From Alphaproteobacteria bacterium (lineage in GTDB: Bacteria; Pseudomonadota; Alphaproteobacteria; MPNO01; UBA830): DNA of 64,000 nucleotides. Where the stretch lies: NCBI GenBank assembly GCA_965243135.1, contig OZ251539.1, forward strand, positions 1,344,001 to 1,408,000, in the 5' to 3' direction. Below are positions 30,160 to 40,719 of the stretch, piece by piece. The position numbers and the translations under genes are program-made. Every line of letters begins with the position of its first letter. Within the stretch, counting starts at the first letter, position 1. Below the pieces are notes generated by a model, which saw nothing but the letters and a program-made list of their open reading frames with translations, was not told the origin of the DNA and did not search any database.

Positions 30160-30360
30160 GTGTGCACGTGCATGATAATCGATGGAAACATTTGAAGAAC
30201 TCTATCAAAAGGCTCTTGACAGCAACCGAATTCACTGGTTGCCTCCAGGGTCACGCCACGGCGCTGCGGGGCTGTGTTGAAAGAGAACGGCGTTTCCCGG
30301 CCCCGTCACTCTCAGGCGTGAGAGGAAACGAAAACGCCTTCCCTCCGGGCGTGGAGCGGT
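30160..30360 (+). repeat. Dispersed repeat R3, uninterrupted copy
   Basis: Contains a single TGATAATC (30173-30180) in a context matching both flanks of IS66 copy 1. Confidence 0.8.
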
Positions 30361-30393
30361 CACCCTCGACTATTCTGCACCTGAAACTGCCGA

Positions 30394-31229
30394 TTATCGT
30401 GACTGCTCACAGTTCGAATCGAGCGCTTTCAGTTCGTCATAGCGCTTCAAAAATTCTCGATGCATTCGGGTAACCATGCCAAGTAAATCTTCGTATTTTC
30501 GGACGTATATTTGCGAACGTTCCAAGTTATCCATTTTCTCGATAACTTCCCAAGTGTTGACCAAATCTCCGCAAAGCAGATATCCTACAACGCCTTTAAG
30601 TCGTAGATCGGGATCAGTGGTTTTTTTGACTTGATTTCTCACGAACGATACATATCTTTCGATTTGCTCCAATTCCCTGATGGACGCTCGCAAACCGGGG
30701 CGCTTTATCTCCACTACTACCAAGTTTGTACTCTCTCGAACGCAAAGAAAATCAATTCGTCTGTCGGATTCCGGGAGATCGTCCGATTCGGGAAATTGCT
30801 CCTTAAAATGGCGCTGAATCTTACCTCATCATCCACCAGCGTCCACCGTGGATCGATAACCCAGGGAAACTCTTTCAGAAAATTATGAAGCGTAGGTACC
30901 TCCAATGCGTTAGTTTTGATCAAATCCTGCAGCTTTTGTATCGTGGTAATTCTGCCCTCGGCCACGCGAGACATTTCTTTCGATTCCACTATCTGCCATT
31001 CTCTAAATAATTTAAAGATGGTTGAAACGTCATCTATATCTGCCTTCACTAAATCGTCAGCTATCTGCACGAATGAATCGAATTCGATAAAGTCCAAAGA
31101 CATTTTGATTATCGGCATAATTTCTTCTTTTTCAGCGGTCAGGTTCTTGGTTATCGATTGACGGACGAGCTGATCCGCTAATTCGAACGCTCTACCGGTT
31201 TGCTTGGGGTGCAGATCTATTTTTGCCAA
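30394..31229 (-). pseudogene. C-terminal part of a GHKL/MORC-ATPase-associated PD-(D/E)xK endonuclease, 5'-truncated and frameshifted
   Basis: LHNFLKEFPWVIDPRW, frameshift, then VVVEIKRPG...ELEQIERYV; AT-rich; cut off by the ISKra4-like remnant. Confidence 0.6.
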
Positions 31230-31268
31230 ACTCCTTGTTTTTATTTATGGAATCGGGGATTTCCGCCG

Positions 31269-32700
31269 TCAGGCCGCGATGACGTTGAACGCCTGATTGT
31301 CGTTCGCAGCCCCAGTCATTGCCTGCCATGCCGACTCGAAGCGGCCCGACCTTATCAACGCTCTGAGAGTGAGGACGTTCTGACCGCCTTCGACGCTCCA
31401 GCGCGTGCCGGCCCGTTTCATGCGCTGGTTGACCAGCACCTTGTTGGCGGCCTCCACGACGCCCGACCGCGTAGCCGCCGGCCCTGAGGCTCGCATAGCG
31501 CATGCGGCGCCTGTGCTTGCGGAAAAACCTGAGCTCGCGCCCGAGAACCTTGAGCGCCGTTTCCGTCGTCGCCTTGTCGCGGAGGTCGCCAACCTTGTCG
31601 ACGCCGTCGGCGTCGTCGCGCAGGACGGCACGGTACTTTTCGTACCAGTTGCTTGCGACGGTCCGAGACCTCGTTGAGATGTTCGCACGCAAAAATCGAC
31701 CGCCCGCTCGTCGGGCCGGAGGTTGTCGAGAAACGTCCAGTTGTCGGGCGCGGCGTCGGCAACGGCGACCACCTTCAGGTCGGGCCGTACTTTGGTGGGC
31801 GACCTCTTCGGCGAGTTGCGCCTTCAGCGTCGCCTTGCCGGCCTCCGGCTCCGAAACTGAGCGTTTTCAAGCGATTGCCTTCCGCGTCGTGGAAACTGAC
31901 CGTCCCGCAGGACGCCTCGCGCCAGCACGCTTCTTCCTCCCCGTCCGGGCGAAGCGAAACCCCGTCAAGCGAAACGGCGCAGGAAACCGCCTCCTCCGGC
32001 ACTGTTTCCGCCTCGCGGATGCTTTCCATGGCTTCCTGCTCCTTTTCCTTCCAGAGACTGCCCGTCGTCTCCAACAGACGCTTCAGGTGACTCGACGACG
32101 GGTTCATGCCCCCCAACTCCCCGAAGAGTTGGGCCGTTTCCTGCGGCGTGCAGTGCTCCAGAAGCAGGAGAGAAGCGGCCGGGTTCAGCCGTCAACCAGG
32201 CCCAGGTCGTTGTCGACCGGCGAGAACGACCCGTTTTCCGAGCGCGTTCGAAAATACCGGACCGGACCGAACAGCGTGTGGACGGTCTTCTGCGTCCGCG
32301 CAGCCCGGTAGAAGACCTTGTCGTCCTTGCGAATCGGGCCTCCCCTTTCGTCCCGGTCCTCGTTGCAAATCACCGTCCGGCACAGCGCAGCGACCCGCTT
32401 ACCCAAGCTCGAAATCGGCGAACGCCTCGGGACCCTCCCCCTCGGACCCTTCCTTGAGGAAGGCCGCGAATTCCCCGAACGCCTTGGCGGTCGCGGCCCC
32501 TTTCTCGACGATGGACGCGAAGGATCGCACCGCCCCGGCGGCCACCGGGGAGAGGCTGGAAAGGGACAAACCGCTCGAAGATTGCGAAACTGACATGGGA
32601 ATGCTCCTGATGTTGTGGGTTAGAGCCAACATTCTGCCGCATTTTGCGGTCTGGAGCATTCCTTTTTTTCGTCTTCCGGCCCCCTGATCGTGACAAAATC
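31269..32700 (-). pseudogene. Degenerate ISKra4/ISLre2-like transposase
   Basis: VAVADAAPDNW, FFRKHRRRMRYASLRAGG, SGVVEAANKVLVNQRMKRAGTRWSVEGGQNVLTLR, AVSLDGV, KTVHTLFGPV. Confidence 0.8.
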
Positions 32701-32720
32701 CGCGCCCGGAACGGCGTTTT

Positions 32721-32966
32721 GCTGTGTAACTACCCCGAACTGCCGGCCACACAAAACCGTTCCGCGAATCGAAGATTTTTTCGCGGCGGCACTGGCCGTT
32801 CGAGAATTCGGGAGCGTGACGCTGAGGGCAGCCCCGTATAGCCCTGTTTTCGCGCCGCGCCGCCCGAACCCGGAACGGTTATGTCGGCGCATGATAGCGG
32901 CGCGACGCCAGCAAAACCACCAGTTACATGCTACGGGGCGAGCAGGCGCCGATCATGAGCGTTTGT
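32721..32966 (+). repeat. Dispersed repeat R1, full-length copy
   Basis: Starts GCTGTGTAACTACCCCGAACTGCCGGCCACACAAAACCGTTCCGCG; close inverted copy at 55837-56080. Confidence 0.9.
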
Positions 32967-33027
32967 CACGAAATCGCCGATTTCGTCCTTGAAGCGTCGC
33001 GGTTAGTGCTCGAATAATTGTTGAAAA

Positions 33028-33336
33028 TCAACAGGTTGTTTCCCGTTTGGCAATATCAGACCTGCACCCGTTGAGGGAAGAGAATGGCTGGCAAGGCGTG
33101 CAAGCGGAGTACAATGTCGCATCCGTCGATTTTATTCCTAATTCGGACCGAAATCTGTCGATGTCTATTTCAGTAATGTCTCTAGCAAAAAAACGGCTCG
33201 GCGCGTTGTTATGCTCATAGGTTTTTTGGAGCTTACGATCATTGTCCACGCCCGCAACGACCGAGATACCTGCGTCCAACAAACCCCGCGTCAAGCCGCC
33301 GGCGCCGCAGCAAAAATCGATAGCTTTAATTGACAT
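33028..33336 (-). pseudogene. N-terminal fragment of a DNA (cytosine-5) methyltransferase
   Basis: AIDFCCGAGGLTRG (motif I) and ACTPCQPFS (motif IV), truncated right after. Confidence 0.85.
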
Positions 33337-34439
33337 TCGCTTTTCGCTTTTCCTTTGGCGTAGTTCGTCTTGGTGAAAGGAGTGCCCGGCACGCCCTGTC
33401 TTTTGCAGGCTCTCGAGGGCGTCGCTGCGGGACTAGAGTGCCGTCGCATCGCCGAGCCTGTTCGGACAGATCTATTATGTGCCATGGGCAATCGGGCGGC
33501 AAGGGCGGCTTGGTGAATATCGGCAAGGCGGTCCAACCGTTCGGTCAGAGGATTGTTCGCCTGTCCGCACCTGATGATCAGCCGCATCCTGAGCGGGTCG
33601 CATAGCTGCAGGACGCAATTCCACTGCTGCTGGCGGCGGCGAGCGCGGCATAGGCTTTGTCTGACAGGATCCCGGGAGGCGCTCGGTCGCGCGCCTTCCG
33701 TCTCTCCGCATGTTCGGGTGCCGGCCGCCGTTAGCGACCGCAGCACGAACGAATCGGAAGAGTTCACGCTTCGAGACAGGTCCGGTCGCGGAGGGGGTGT
33801 GTGCGGCTGCGTCCTGCGGCAGGCCCTTCGCGACGACATACTGCTTGTCGGGGCCGGGCGTCACGAGCCGTTCCCTGACGGTCGATGCCGTCTCCCACGC
33901 CTGTGACGACGCCCTGCTTTCTTGAACGGCTGGAGCGACTGAACGCCGCCTGGAGGGAGCGTGGCCCGCGTCCACGCCGGCGGCATCATGTATTGCCACT
34001 CGGAGCTCGTCGGATCCGTGCCGAGCTGGACGACAATGCGGGACAGCGGCTCGACCGGGCGCTGGAACATCTGGTGGCGGGACGGGTGGCGCATCGGCGA
34101 GCACATCGCGGCCGTCGCCAGGAACGACGGGCGGCGCACGGAACTCTTCGAGGATTGGGAATGCGGCAGCAACGTCGACGAGGGACATTCCTTCCTATGC
34201 CGCTTGGTGGGTGGATCGGCCGCTCGCCGCCGGGCGTGCCATTCTCGAGGACCGGAACGGCCTCGCAAGCGACGACCTCGTTTCTTGGACGGGCGGTGGA
34301 ATCGAAAAGGCTTACGAACGCGACGATGCGGTCAGGAATCCGCTATGGCCGGACGAACCCGACTCCTTGCGGCCCGAGGTGCCGAGTGCGGAACCCGGGA
34401 GGGTGATCGTTGCGGATCCTGCTGACCTCGCGCACAGCG

Positions 34440-34780
34440 ATGTTCTTCGGTGGACAGAAGATGCCCGGCGTGGGGGTGACCGTGCCGGTGGCGATGTCGT
34501 CGCTGCCGGAGTGGGCGGCGACCGGCACCCGCACGGCCAGCGTTTCCACGGCGGCGAAGTCGCCCGTGAGGGCCGGCGTGAGGGTGGCCACGTTGGTGCC
34601 CGTGACGCCGACCTGCAAGACGGAGATGCTCGGGATGTCGGTGATCAGCGCGAAGCTCGACGCGGTGGCGTCGCTGGCGAAGGTGGCGTTGGCAAGCGCC
34701 ACGGTGACGGTGGCGGTGTGCAGGTTCGCCTCGGTCAGGTTCGCCGGGTTGGTGGAGGTGACGCTGACGCCGACCTGTGT
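34440..34780 (-). pseudogene. Isolated beta-rich repeat domain from a large surface protein
   Basis: VSVTSTNPANLTEANLHTATVTVALANATF...ATLTPALTGDFAAVETLAVRV...IATGTVTPTP, T/A/V-rich with GC3 codon bias; no start or signal context. Confidence 0.45.
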
Positions 34781-34847
34781 GCAAGGGCCGTTGACTGGCT
34801 GCGCCGCTTCTGCTGCCCGCTTTGCTCCGAAGGGAGCCTCCGGCGCG

Positions 34848-35099
34848 CTATCTTGCCCGTACCGTATGACCGCCCGGGGGTGCGCCGGTCCGCCGGTCCG
34901 CCGTCCGTTCGGGCAGCGCCCCCTCCTCGTCGCGAATGACTTCCAGCCACTCGTCCACGATCCCGCACAGTTCCCGGTACACCGCCACTTCGTCGTCGCC
35001 GTGACAGCACGGGCCGATGACCCCAGGGCAGGAACCGACGAAACACCGATCCTCGTCCGACCACTCGACCCGCTTGACGTATCTTGCGCTGTCCTTCAT
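34848..35099 (-). CDS. hicB: HicB-family antitoxin
   Basis: MKDSARYVKRVEWSDEDRCFVGSCPGVIGPCCHGDDEVAVYRELCGIVDEWL. Confidence 0.8.
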   Translation of the reverse strand: MKDSARYVKRVEWSDEDRCFVGSCPGVIGPCCHGDDEVAVYRELCGIVDEWLEVIRDEEGALPERTADRRTGAPPGGHTVRAR

Positions 35100-35281
35100 T
35101 CCTGCCACTCCCTTCCGCCGCACCTCTCGTTCAGGGCTTGGCATCGTCACCCGGGGTTCCGGAGATCGTCACGCGCAGCCCCTTCGGGTGCCGGTAATTC
35201 CTACTGGCTGCCCCCGCCGCCGCGCGACACGAGCCCCGCCCGCTCCAAGTCTTTCACCAACGCTGCGATTTTACGCGGCAT
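35096..35281 (-). pseudogene. hicA: HicA-family mRNA interferase, frameshifted
   Basis: MPRKIAALVKDLERAGLVSRGGGGSQ, shift, RNYRHPKGLRVTISGTPGDDAKP; the lesion falls on the GSH catalytic motif. Confidence 0.8.
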
Positions 35282-35377
35282 GGCGGCGCCGGACAGTGGA
35301 AAATGTCGTAGTTGCCGACGGCGCGGCGCAAGTCCGCCCGCCGCGGCCGGCCGGTGTCGGCCTCCGCAGGTCGGCGG

Positions 35378-35695
35378 CTATCTGCAAGAGGTGCTCCGGC
35401 GCCGCGCTGCTCCGGCTCGTTCCCGACCTCCGATTTGGCGGTGAACGAGACCACGGGAGACGCTGTCCGCATCCTTGAGTTCGGTGGACAAGCGAACCAT
35501 CAGCTTGAGCAGCGCCGGGGAGCCGGGAAGGCCCTCGGCGTCGTTTCCGTCGTCATAGGTGAGGCGTATCAAGAGGAGATCGTCGCCGTCGCCGTTCACT
35601 TCCGGGTCCACGGAAAGCACCGTGAGCGGGGCGGACTGCCGGTGCAGGAAGCCTTCCACGGTGTTGCGCGCCCGTTCCAGAATCTGCTGTTTCAT
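35378..35695 (-). CDS. Small hypothetical protein
   Basis: MKQQILERARNTVEGFL...DGDDLLLIRLTYDD has protein-like composition and an RBS-like AGGTAG; C-terminus may be shifted. Confidence 0.45.
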   Translation of the reverse strand: MKQQILERARNTVEGFLHRQSAPLTVLSVDPEVNGDGDDLLLIRLTYDDGNDAEGLPGSPALLKLMVRLSTELKDADSVSRGLVHRQIGGRERAGAARRRSTSCR

Positions 35696-36365
35696 CGCCC
35701 GCTACCTGTCTGGCAGTGTGGAAAACGGGGGTTACGCTACCAGCGGCGTAAGCTGCCCGCTCCCGCGCTCCCGCCGAAATGTCCAGTTTCCCTTGGAAGA
35801 AGCCGTACTCCGGGCGCATGGCGGAACCGAAGCGTGGCGGCGACGATGCCGGCGCCCTGAATCCGGAAGGTGCGCTCGCCGCGGGAATGACGGGTGCCAG
35901 CCGCGCATTTCTGAAACTATGGCTTCGGCTTGCCGAGTCTCGAAGCCGTTTCGAGCAGGTTGAAGGCGGTAGTGACCATGGCGTATTCCACGAAGATACC
36001 ATAAGATGGCTTCCATCAAGTCATGCGGGTTCGCGGCAAAAGTCCTCCGGGTGCCGGTGGGGTTGCGCTGAATGCCTCGGACGGCGACCCGGTGGATCCC
36101 GCCGCGGGCGGCGGCGCAGAACGCTGCGGCTTTCTCCGCGGACACGCCGCAGAAATCGCGGATCGGTGCGTCCGGGCGGAACCGTTTCGCCTTCTCAACA
36201 GGATGGAGATCTGCTTGCGGTTCGTCGCCAAGGAGGAAGGCAACGGTGCAGGTTCGAGCAGGCGTTGTGCGCCGGCCAGCCGTTCTGGACCCACCCATAT
36301 TGACGGTGTTCATGGCGTCCCGTATTCTATATTCGTCCAGTGAAAATTCGAATGAAGACCGACGC

Positions 36366-37526
36366 ATGCGCCTTACTCGCCTCACGCTCAAGAATTGGCG
36401 CAATTTCAAAAAGGCCGATTTCAAGATCCAGGATCGTATGCTGATAATCGGTTCCAATGCTTCCGGCAAGTCGAATCTGCTCGATGCGCTCCTGTTCCTG
36501 AAACAAATTGCCTCTCCAGGAGGGGGATTCCAGAAAGCTGTCGAGAGCCGCGGAGGCATGTCGCGCGTTCGTTGTTTGGCGGCCAGAAGCTTCAATCACG
36601 GATGGGTGACAATGGCGATTGAAATTGGCGACGACAAATGCTCCAGTCGTTGGTCTTACGACTTGACGTTCACCGCAGAACGTCGGGGACTTCATCGACC
36701 AATCGTCAAAAGCGAGATCGTAAGGAAGAACGGCGAGGTGTTGCTCGAAAGGCCTACGGAAGAGGACGACAAAGATCCTGAACAAATGACTCAAACGGAT
36801 CTGGAGCAGGTGAAGGCCAACAAAGAGTTCCGAAATATCGTTGAATTTCTGAAGTCGATCCGCTATCTTCATCTTGTTCCGCACATTATTCGGGACCCGG
36901 AACGTAGCGGAGACCGGAATGACGATCCATACGGCGCGGACTTTTTGCTTAGAATCGCCAAGACTCCACAGAAAACTCGCAACCGTCATCTAAAAAAAAT
37001 TAACGAAGCTCTTAAAGCCGCCGTGCCGCAACTTGATCGCCTTGAACTCAAGCGGGACAAAATGGGAAGCTGGCATCTGGAAGCGCGCTACCAGCATTGG
37101 CGTCCGCAAGGCGCGTTGCAGAATGAACGGGATTTTTCGGACGGCACGCTCCGTTTGATCGGTCTGTTGTGGTCCCTGATAGAAGAAGGACGAGTCGGAG
37201 GGCCAGTGCTTCTGGAGGAGCCTGAGTTAACGCTGCACTCGTCCGTGGTATGCCAGATCCCTGCTATCCTCAGCCGGGTTCGCGCTAATGGCGGTCCCCA
37301 AGTGGTAGTTACCACGCATTCTAACGAAATATTGCACGATCAAGGCCTCGGAAAAGATGAAGTTGTCGTACTCATTCCGGGCGCGGACGGTACGGAAACT
37401 CAAGAAGCCGCGGGGATCCCGGATATTCAAGATCTTCTGGATTCAGGTTTGAGCATGGCAGAAATCCTCTTGCCGAAAACCCAGCCCGAAATGGTTCATG
37501 AATTGCCCCAAAGAATTACTCAATAG
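36366..37526 (+). CDS. ABC-type (AAA_21/AriA-like) ATPase
   Basis: MRLTRLTLKNWRNF, IGSNASGKSN, FSDGTLR signature, LLEEPE, VTTHS; 386 aa. Confidence 0.9.
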   Translation: MRLTRLTLKNWRNFKKADFKIQDRMLIIGSNASGKSNLLDALLFLKQIASPGGGFQKAVESRGGMSRVRCLAARSFNHGWVTMAIEIGDDKCSSRWSYDLTFTAERRGLHRPIVKSEIVRKNGEVLLERPTEEDDKDPEQMTQTDLEQVKANKEFRNIVEFLKSIRYLHLVPHIIRDPERSGDRNDDPYGADFLLRIAKTPQKTRNRHLKKINEALKAAVPQLDRLELKRDKMGSWHLEARYQHWRPQGALQNERDFSDGTLRLIGLLWSLIEEGRVGGPVLLEEPELTLHSSVVCQIPAILSRVRANGGPQVVVTTHSNEILHDQGLGKDEVVVLIPGADGTETQEAAGIPDIQDLLDSGLSMAEILLPKTQPEMVHELPQRITQ

Positions 37527-38119
37527 ATGACCCTTGTCAACTTGGTCGGCGAAGGCATTACGGATATTTCTGCGGCGATGAGCTTGGCAAAAATTGTTGC
37601 AACTGAAACGCGGCGCGGCAAGCTCCGTCGGAAGCAAATCCAAGATAGACGCCAAATTGCAAGAATTCAACCGTACAGGCGGACGCTTGAACTGGTTGAT
37701 TTTGCGAGATCTCGACTACGACGAGAAGCGCGCATCCCGGTTAATAAAGAGACTGATGGAAAATCGTTCGCCCGAGCATACGGATTCCTGTCAGAGCGAT
37801 GGAGAGTTGGCTGCTCGCGGATGTTGATGGCTTCGTCGAGGAGTTCTATGTGGATCGACGTCGTTTGCCAAAATATCCTGACGAATTGGATGATCCGAAA
37901 CAACGGGTTGTCGAAATCTGCAAATGGTCAAACCAGTCGAAGATTCGAAAGGCTATGGTGCCCCGGAACGGAAGCGGAAGAAAAGTTGGTCCAGAATTCG
38001 ATAACAGAATGTCTACTTTCGCAACAAACCAGTGGGATCCGCAACGGGCGGCGCAGCGGCCGCCAAGCCTTCAACGAACCCTCGCTGCGTTGAGAAAACT
38101 GGTCAAGGTTTGGACATAG
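37527..38119 (+). pseudogene. DUF4276-like (TOPRIM-related) protein, frameshifted
   Basis: LVGEGITD, WLILRDLD, MESWLLAD, PDELDDPK, WDPQRAAQRPPSLQR in three frames. Confidence 0.75.
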
Positions 38120-38299
38120 TTCGTCTTTATATTTTCCGCTGGAACGAACTAATCGCCAAGAGACGAGAGGCCTCCAAGGGGCCAGTCGCTCCAGATGCGA
38201 ATTTGAAAACTTTATTGGTGCGCCGTGTAAAGGCGCTTTCTATGGTGGGCGCGAAGCTCACCCAACAACTGTGGTTCCAGTTGGTGGCGGTCAGGGCGG

Positions 38300-38760
38300 T
38301 TTACATAGGCGTAGGTTGAAGCGCTCTGGCGGAAGGGCGGCAAGAGCGCTCATCGAACCCGCTCTACCCCGATCAGGTCGGGGCGCCCGACGGCCAGCGC
38401 CAGCACGCCGTCGCCCCGCGTCATGATCGTTCGTGTCCTTGTAACCCAACGAAAGGCCGAACAGCCGCTGCGCAACCAGTTGCTTCACTGGGTGCGTTCC
38501 TGACATCTGAGGTCGCCCGCGGCGTCAGGCCGAGCAGCAGGTCGGCCTGACGCAACGGCAGTGCGCCGCCATCGGTACCGAAGCGGCCGCCTTCGAAATA
38601 GCCGACCACCTTTTCGAAGCCTTGAAACTCGAGCCGCGACGGTTTACAGTCCGTGGGATTCTCTTCCGCAGGTTGTGTAGATGCTTGCTTCTTCCACATT
38701 TACTGCGAAGCGGAGGCAACCGGTAGAGGAAAGCGCCTTTCCACGGCGCACTGAGATGGC
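38300..38760 (-). pseudogene. 5' fragment of an IS1380-family transposase
   Basis: FEGGRFGTDGGALPLRQAD..LGL and LVAQRLFGLSLGYKDTNDHD. Confidence 0.8.
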
Positions 38761-38843
38761 CATGGTTTTCTCCAGGAGGCGAGAGCCATGAGGCTTCGCC
38801 GCCTCGTCGAGGCAGCCGCCGAAGCGCGGACAGGGAATCGCGG

Positions 38844-39130
38844 ATGCGCTACGAGTGCAATGAAAAGCACAAGCAACCTTGGCAACGGGGACGGCGCGGT
38901 TCGCTTTGTCCGAGGACCATGGACCCGGCGGCGGCTCAGGAATCGGACAGTGAACCGGTGGGCGACAAGCGCTATGCGGTCCATGAAGGCAGGGCGTATT
39001 GTGCGCAGGAGCGCGGCGCAGATGCTTGGCACGGCTGTCGGCTGGGCGGAGGTGCACGAAAGCCTGCGTCGTCGATGGCTGGCGGAAGGGCGCCTGCGGA
39101 GACGAGACATGAAGAAGCACTGGAATGATT
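38844..39130 (+). pseudogene. Small putative toxin/nuclease upstream of the IrrE-like gene, frameshifted
   Basis: MRYECNEKHKQPWQRGRRGSLCP...KRYAVHEGRAYCAQE...WHG, shift, VGWAEVHESLRRRW...KHWND. Confidence 0.55.
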
Positions 39131-39138
39131 AGCTTGCC

Positions 39139-40719
39139 ATGACGACTCGGTGGGAAAGGCTCGATGGCGACACGAGCGTGTTCGCGCTGAAGCTGTCATT
39201 CGCCTCCGATCCGGACGAAGGGCGGGGCATCGACCCCGAGACCGGCCTTTCTTGGGGGAGCTTCCAAATCTGGGTTCGGGACAGGAACCTGTGCGCCCAC
39301 TGGGAGGAAGGCGAGCGCATCGACTCGGTTCACTGGTATCTGCTGCCGCTGCTGGAGTGGTTTGCCCGCAACTGGGATGCCCTGCTTCACGAAGAGCGCC
39401 TGTCGGCGAAGAATGCGGGCGAGACCGCCTGGGAGTCGCTGCGGGCGACTTGTTTCCCGCCATCGGCCGACGACGAGGATAAGGCTTCCGCCTGGGAGGG
39501 CGCTTGGCATGGCTGGTGGTCCCGGCACGCCCTCCAGGCTGCAAGGGAAGGCGGATTGTTTCCCGACATCGTGCTCCGGCGCTTGCGGGACCGGGTAGAA
39601 GTCTCTTGGGGTTCCGTTCGCAGCGCGGGGATGCCGGGCCATTACCGATTCATGGAGTCGGACCGAGGCTCCGCTCTGCTGGAGCCGCAAGCGGTGGCTG
39701 GAGCGTTGCACGAGGTCCTGTCGCAGGCTGCGAGCTATCTGTCGTCGTCGATGCCGAATTCGAAGCGTATCGTGGCTTTGAACCGGAAGCTGCGAAATCT
39801 GAATGCGGGCGGAAAGGCCCGGAACGAAGCTCGCGAGCGACGGCTGGCATGGCTCGCCGGGCTGGGGACGACCAAGCACGGCATGCGGGCTGGGTGGCGC
39901 CGGGCGGTGGAAGGCCTGTTGCGTTCGGATCTGGCGGAGCGGCCGCGCCAGGCTCTGCTGGAAGCCGCGGAGACGCCGCTTGTCGTCACCGGTTCTTGCC
40001 ATGCCGCGCTTATGTTCGGTTCCCTCGCCCCCAACGTGACGGAGGCGGATGTCCAGGAGCTCGTTCGGGCGACGGTCGGCCTCTACGCCCCGGAGGGCGA
40101 GGCCGGGGCGATGAGCGGGATGTACCGCGCCGCGCCCATTGAGGACTCCGCCTCCCGCCCATGGAACCAGGGATACGAATTGGCGGAAAAGGTCCACGAG
40201 GATCTCGGTGGTGACTTCGAGAAGGGCGCTCTCGTCGATGTGAAAAGGCTGGTCGAGGCACTCGGCGTTCGCATCGAGCTACTGGACCTGTCGGACACGC
40301 ATGTGCGGGGTGTCTCCATCGCCGGCCCGCAGCACAGGCCTGGAATCTTCGTCAACGGGCGCCATGCCTCCAATGCCCATGAGGCCGGCCGCCGCTTCAC
40401 GCTTGCGCACGAGCTTTGCCACCTGTTGTTTGACCGGGAACAAGGGCGGCCGCTGGCCGTCGCCAGTGGACCCTGGGCGCCACGCGCCATCGAGCAACGC
40501 GCCAACGCTTTCGCAGCGATGCTGCTGATGCCTACGTCCCTGGTGAAGCGGACACTGGCGAGGTTGACGGTTGCGGTCGCCACGAAGGAAGGCGTGGACG
40601 AAGTGGCGGAACGCTTGGGCACCGGCCGCCTTGCCGTGCTCAATCACTTGGTGAATTTGGGCTTCATGGACGAGACGGACCAGCGACGACTGGAAGTCCA
40701 GTTGTCGTCCCTCGCGTGA
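39139..40719 (+). CDS. ImmA/IrrE-family metallopeptidase with a long N-terminal extension
   Basis: RRFTLAHELCHLLFD (HExxH), IEQRANAFAAMLLMP, C-terminal HTH-like HLVNLG; 526 aa. Confidence 0.88.
   Translation: MTTRWERLDGDTSVFALKLSFASDPDEGRGIDPETGLSWGSFQIWVRDRNLCAHWEEGERIDSVHWYLLPLLEWFARNWDALLHEERLSAKNAGETAWESLRATCFPPSADDEDKASAWEGAWHGWWSRHALQAAREGGLFPDIVLRRLRDRVEVSWGSVRSAGMPGHYRFMESDRGSALLEPQAVAGALHEVLSQAASYLSSSMPNSKRIVALNRKLRNLNAGGKARNEARERRLAWLAGLGTTKHGMRAGWRRAVEGLLRSDLAERPRQALLEAAETPLVVTGSCHAALMFGSLAPNVTEADVQELVRATVGLYAPEGEAGAMSGMYRAAPIEDSASRPWNQGYELAEKVHEDLGGDFEKGALVDVKRLVEALGVRIELLDLSDTHVRGVSIAGPQHRPGIFVNGRHASNAHEAGRRFTLAHELCHLLFDREQGRPLAVASGPWAPRAIEQRANAFAAMLLMPTSLVKRTLARLTVAVATKEGVDEVAERLGTGRLAVLNHLVNLGFMDETDQRRLEVQLSSLA

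Noticed and set aside
35700-36300. Possible ParB or HEPN remnants (DLHPVEKAKRF, NPHDLMEA)
   Set aside because: Motifs too short and degraded to support a call.
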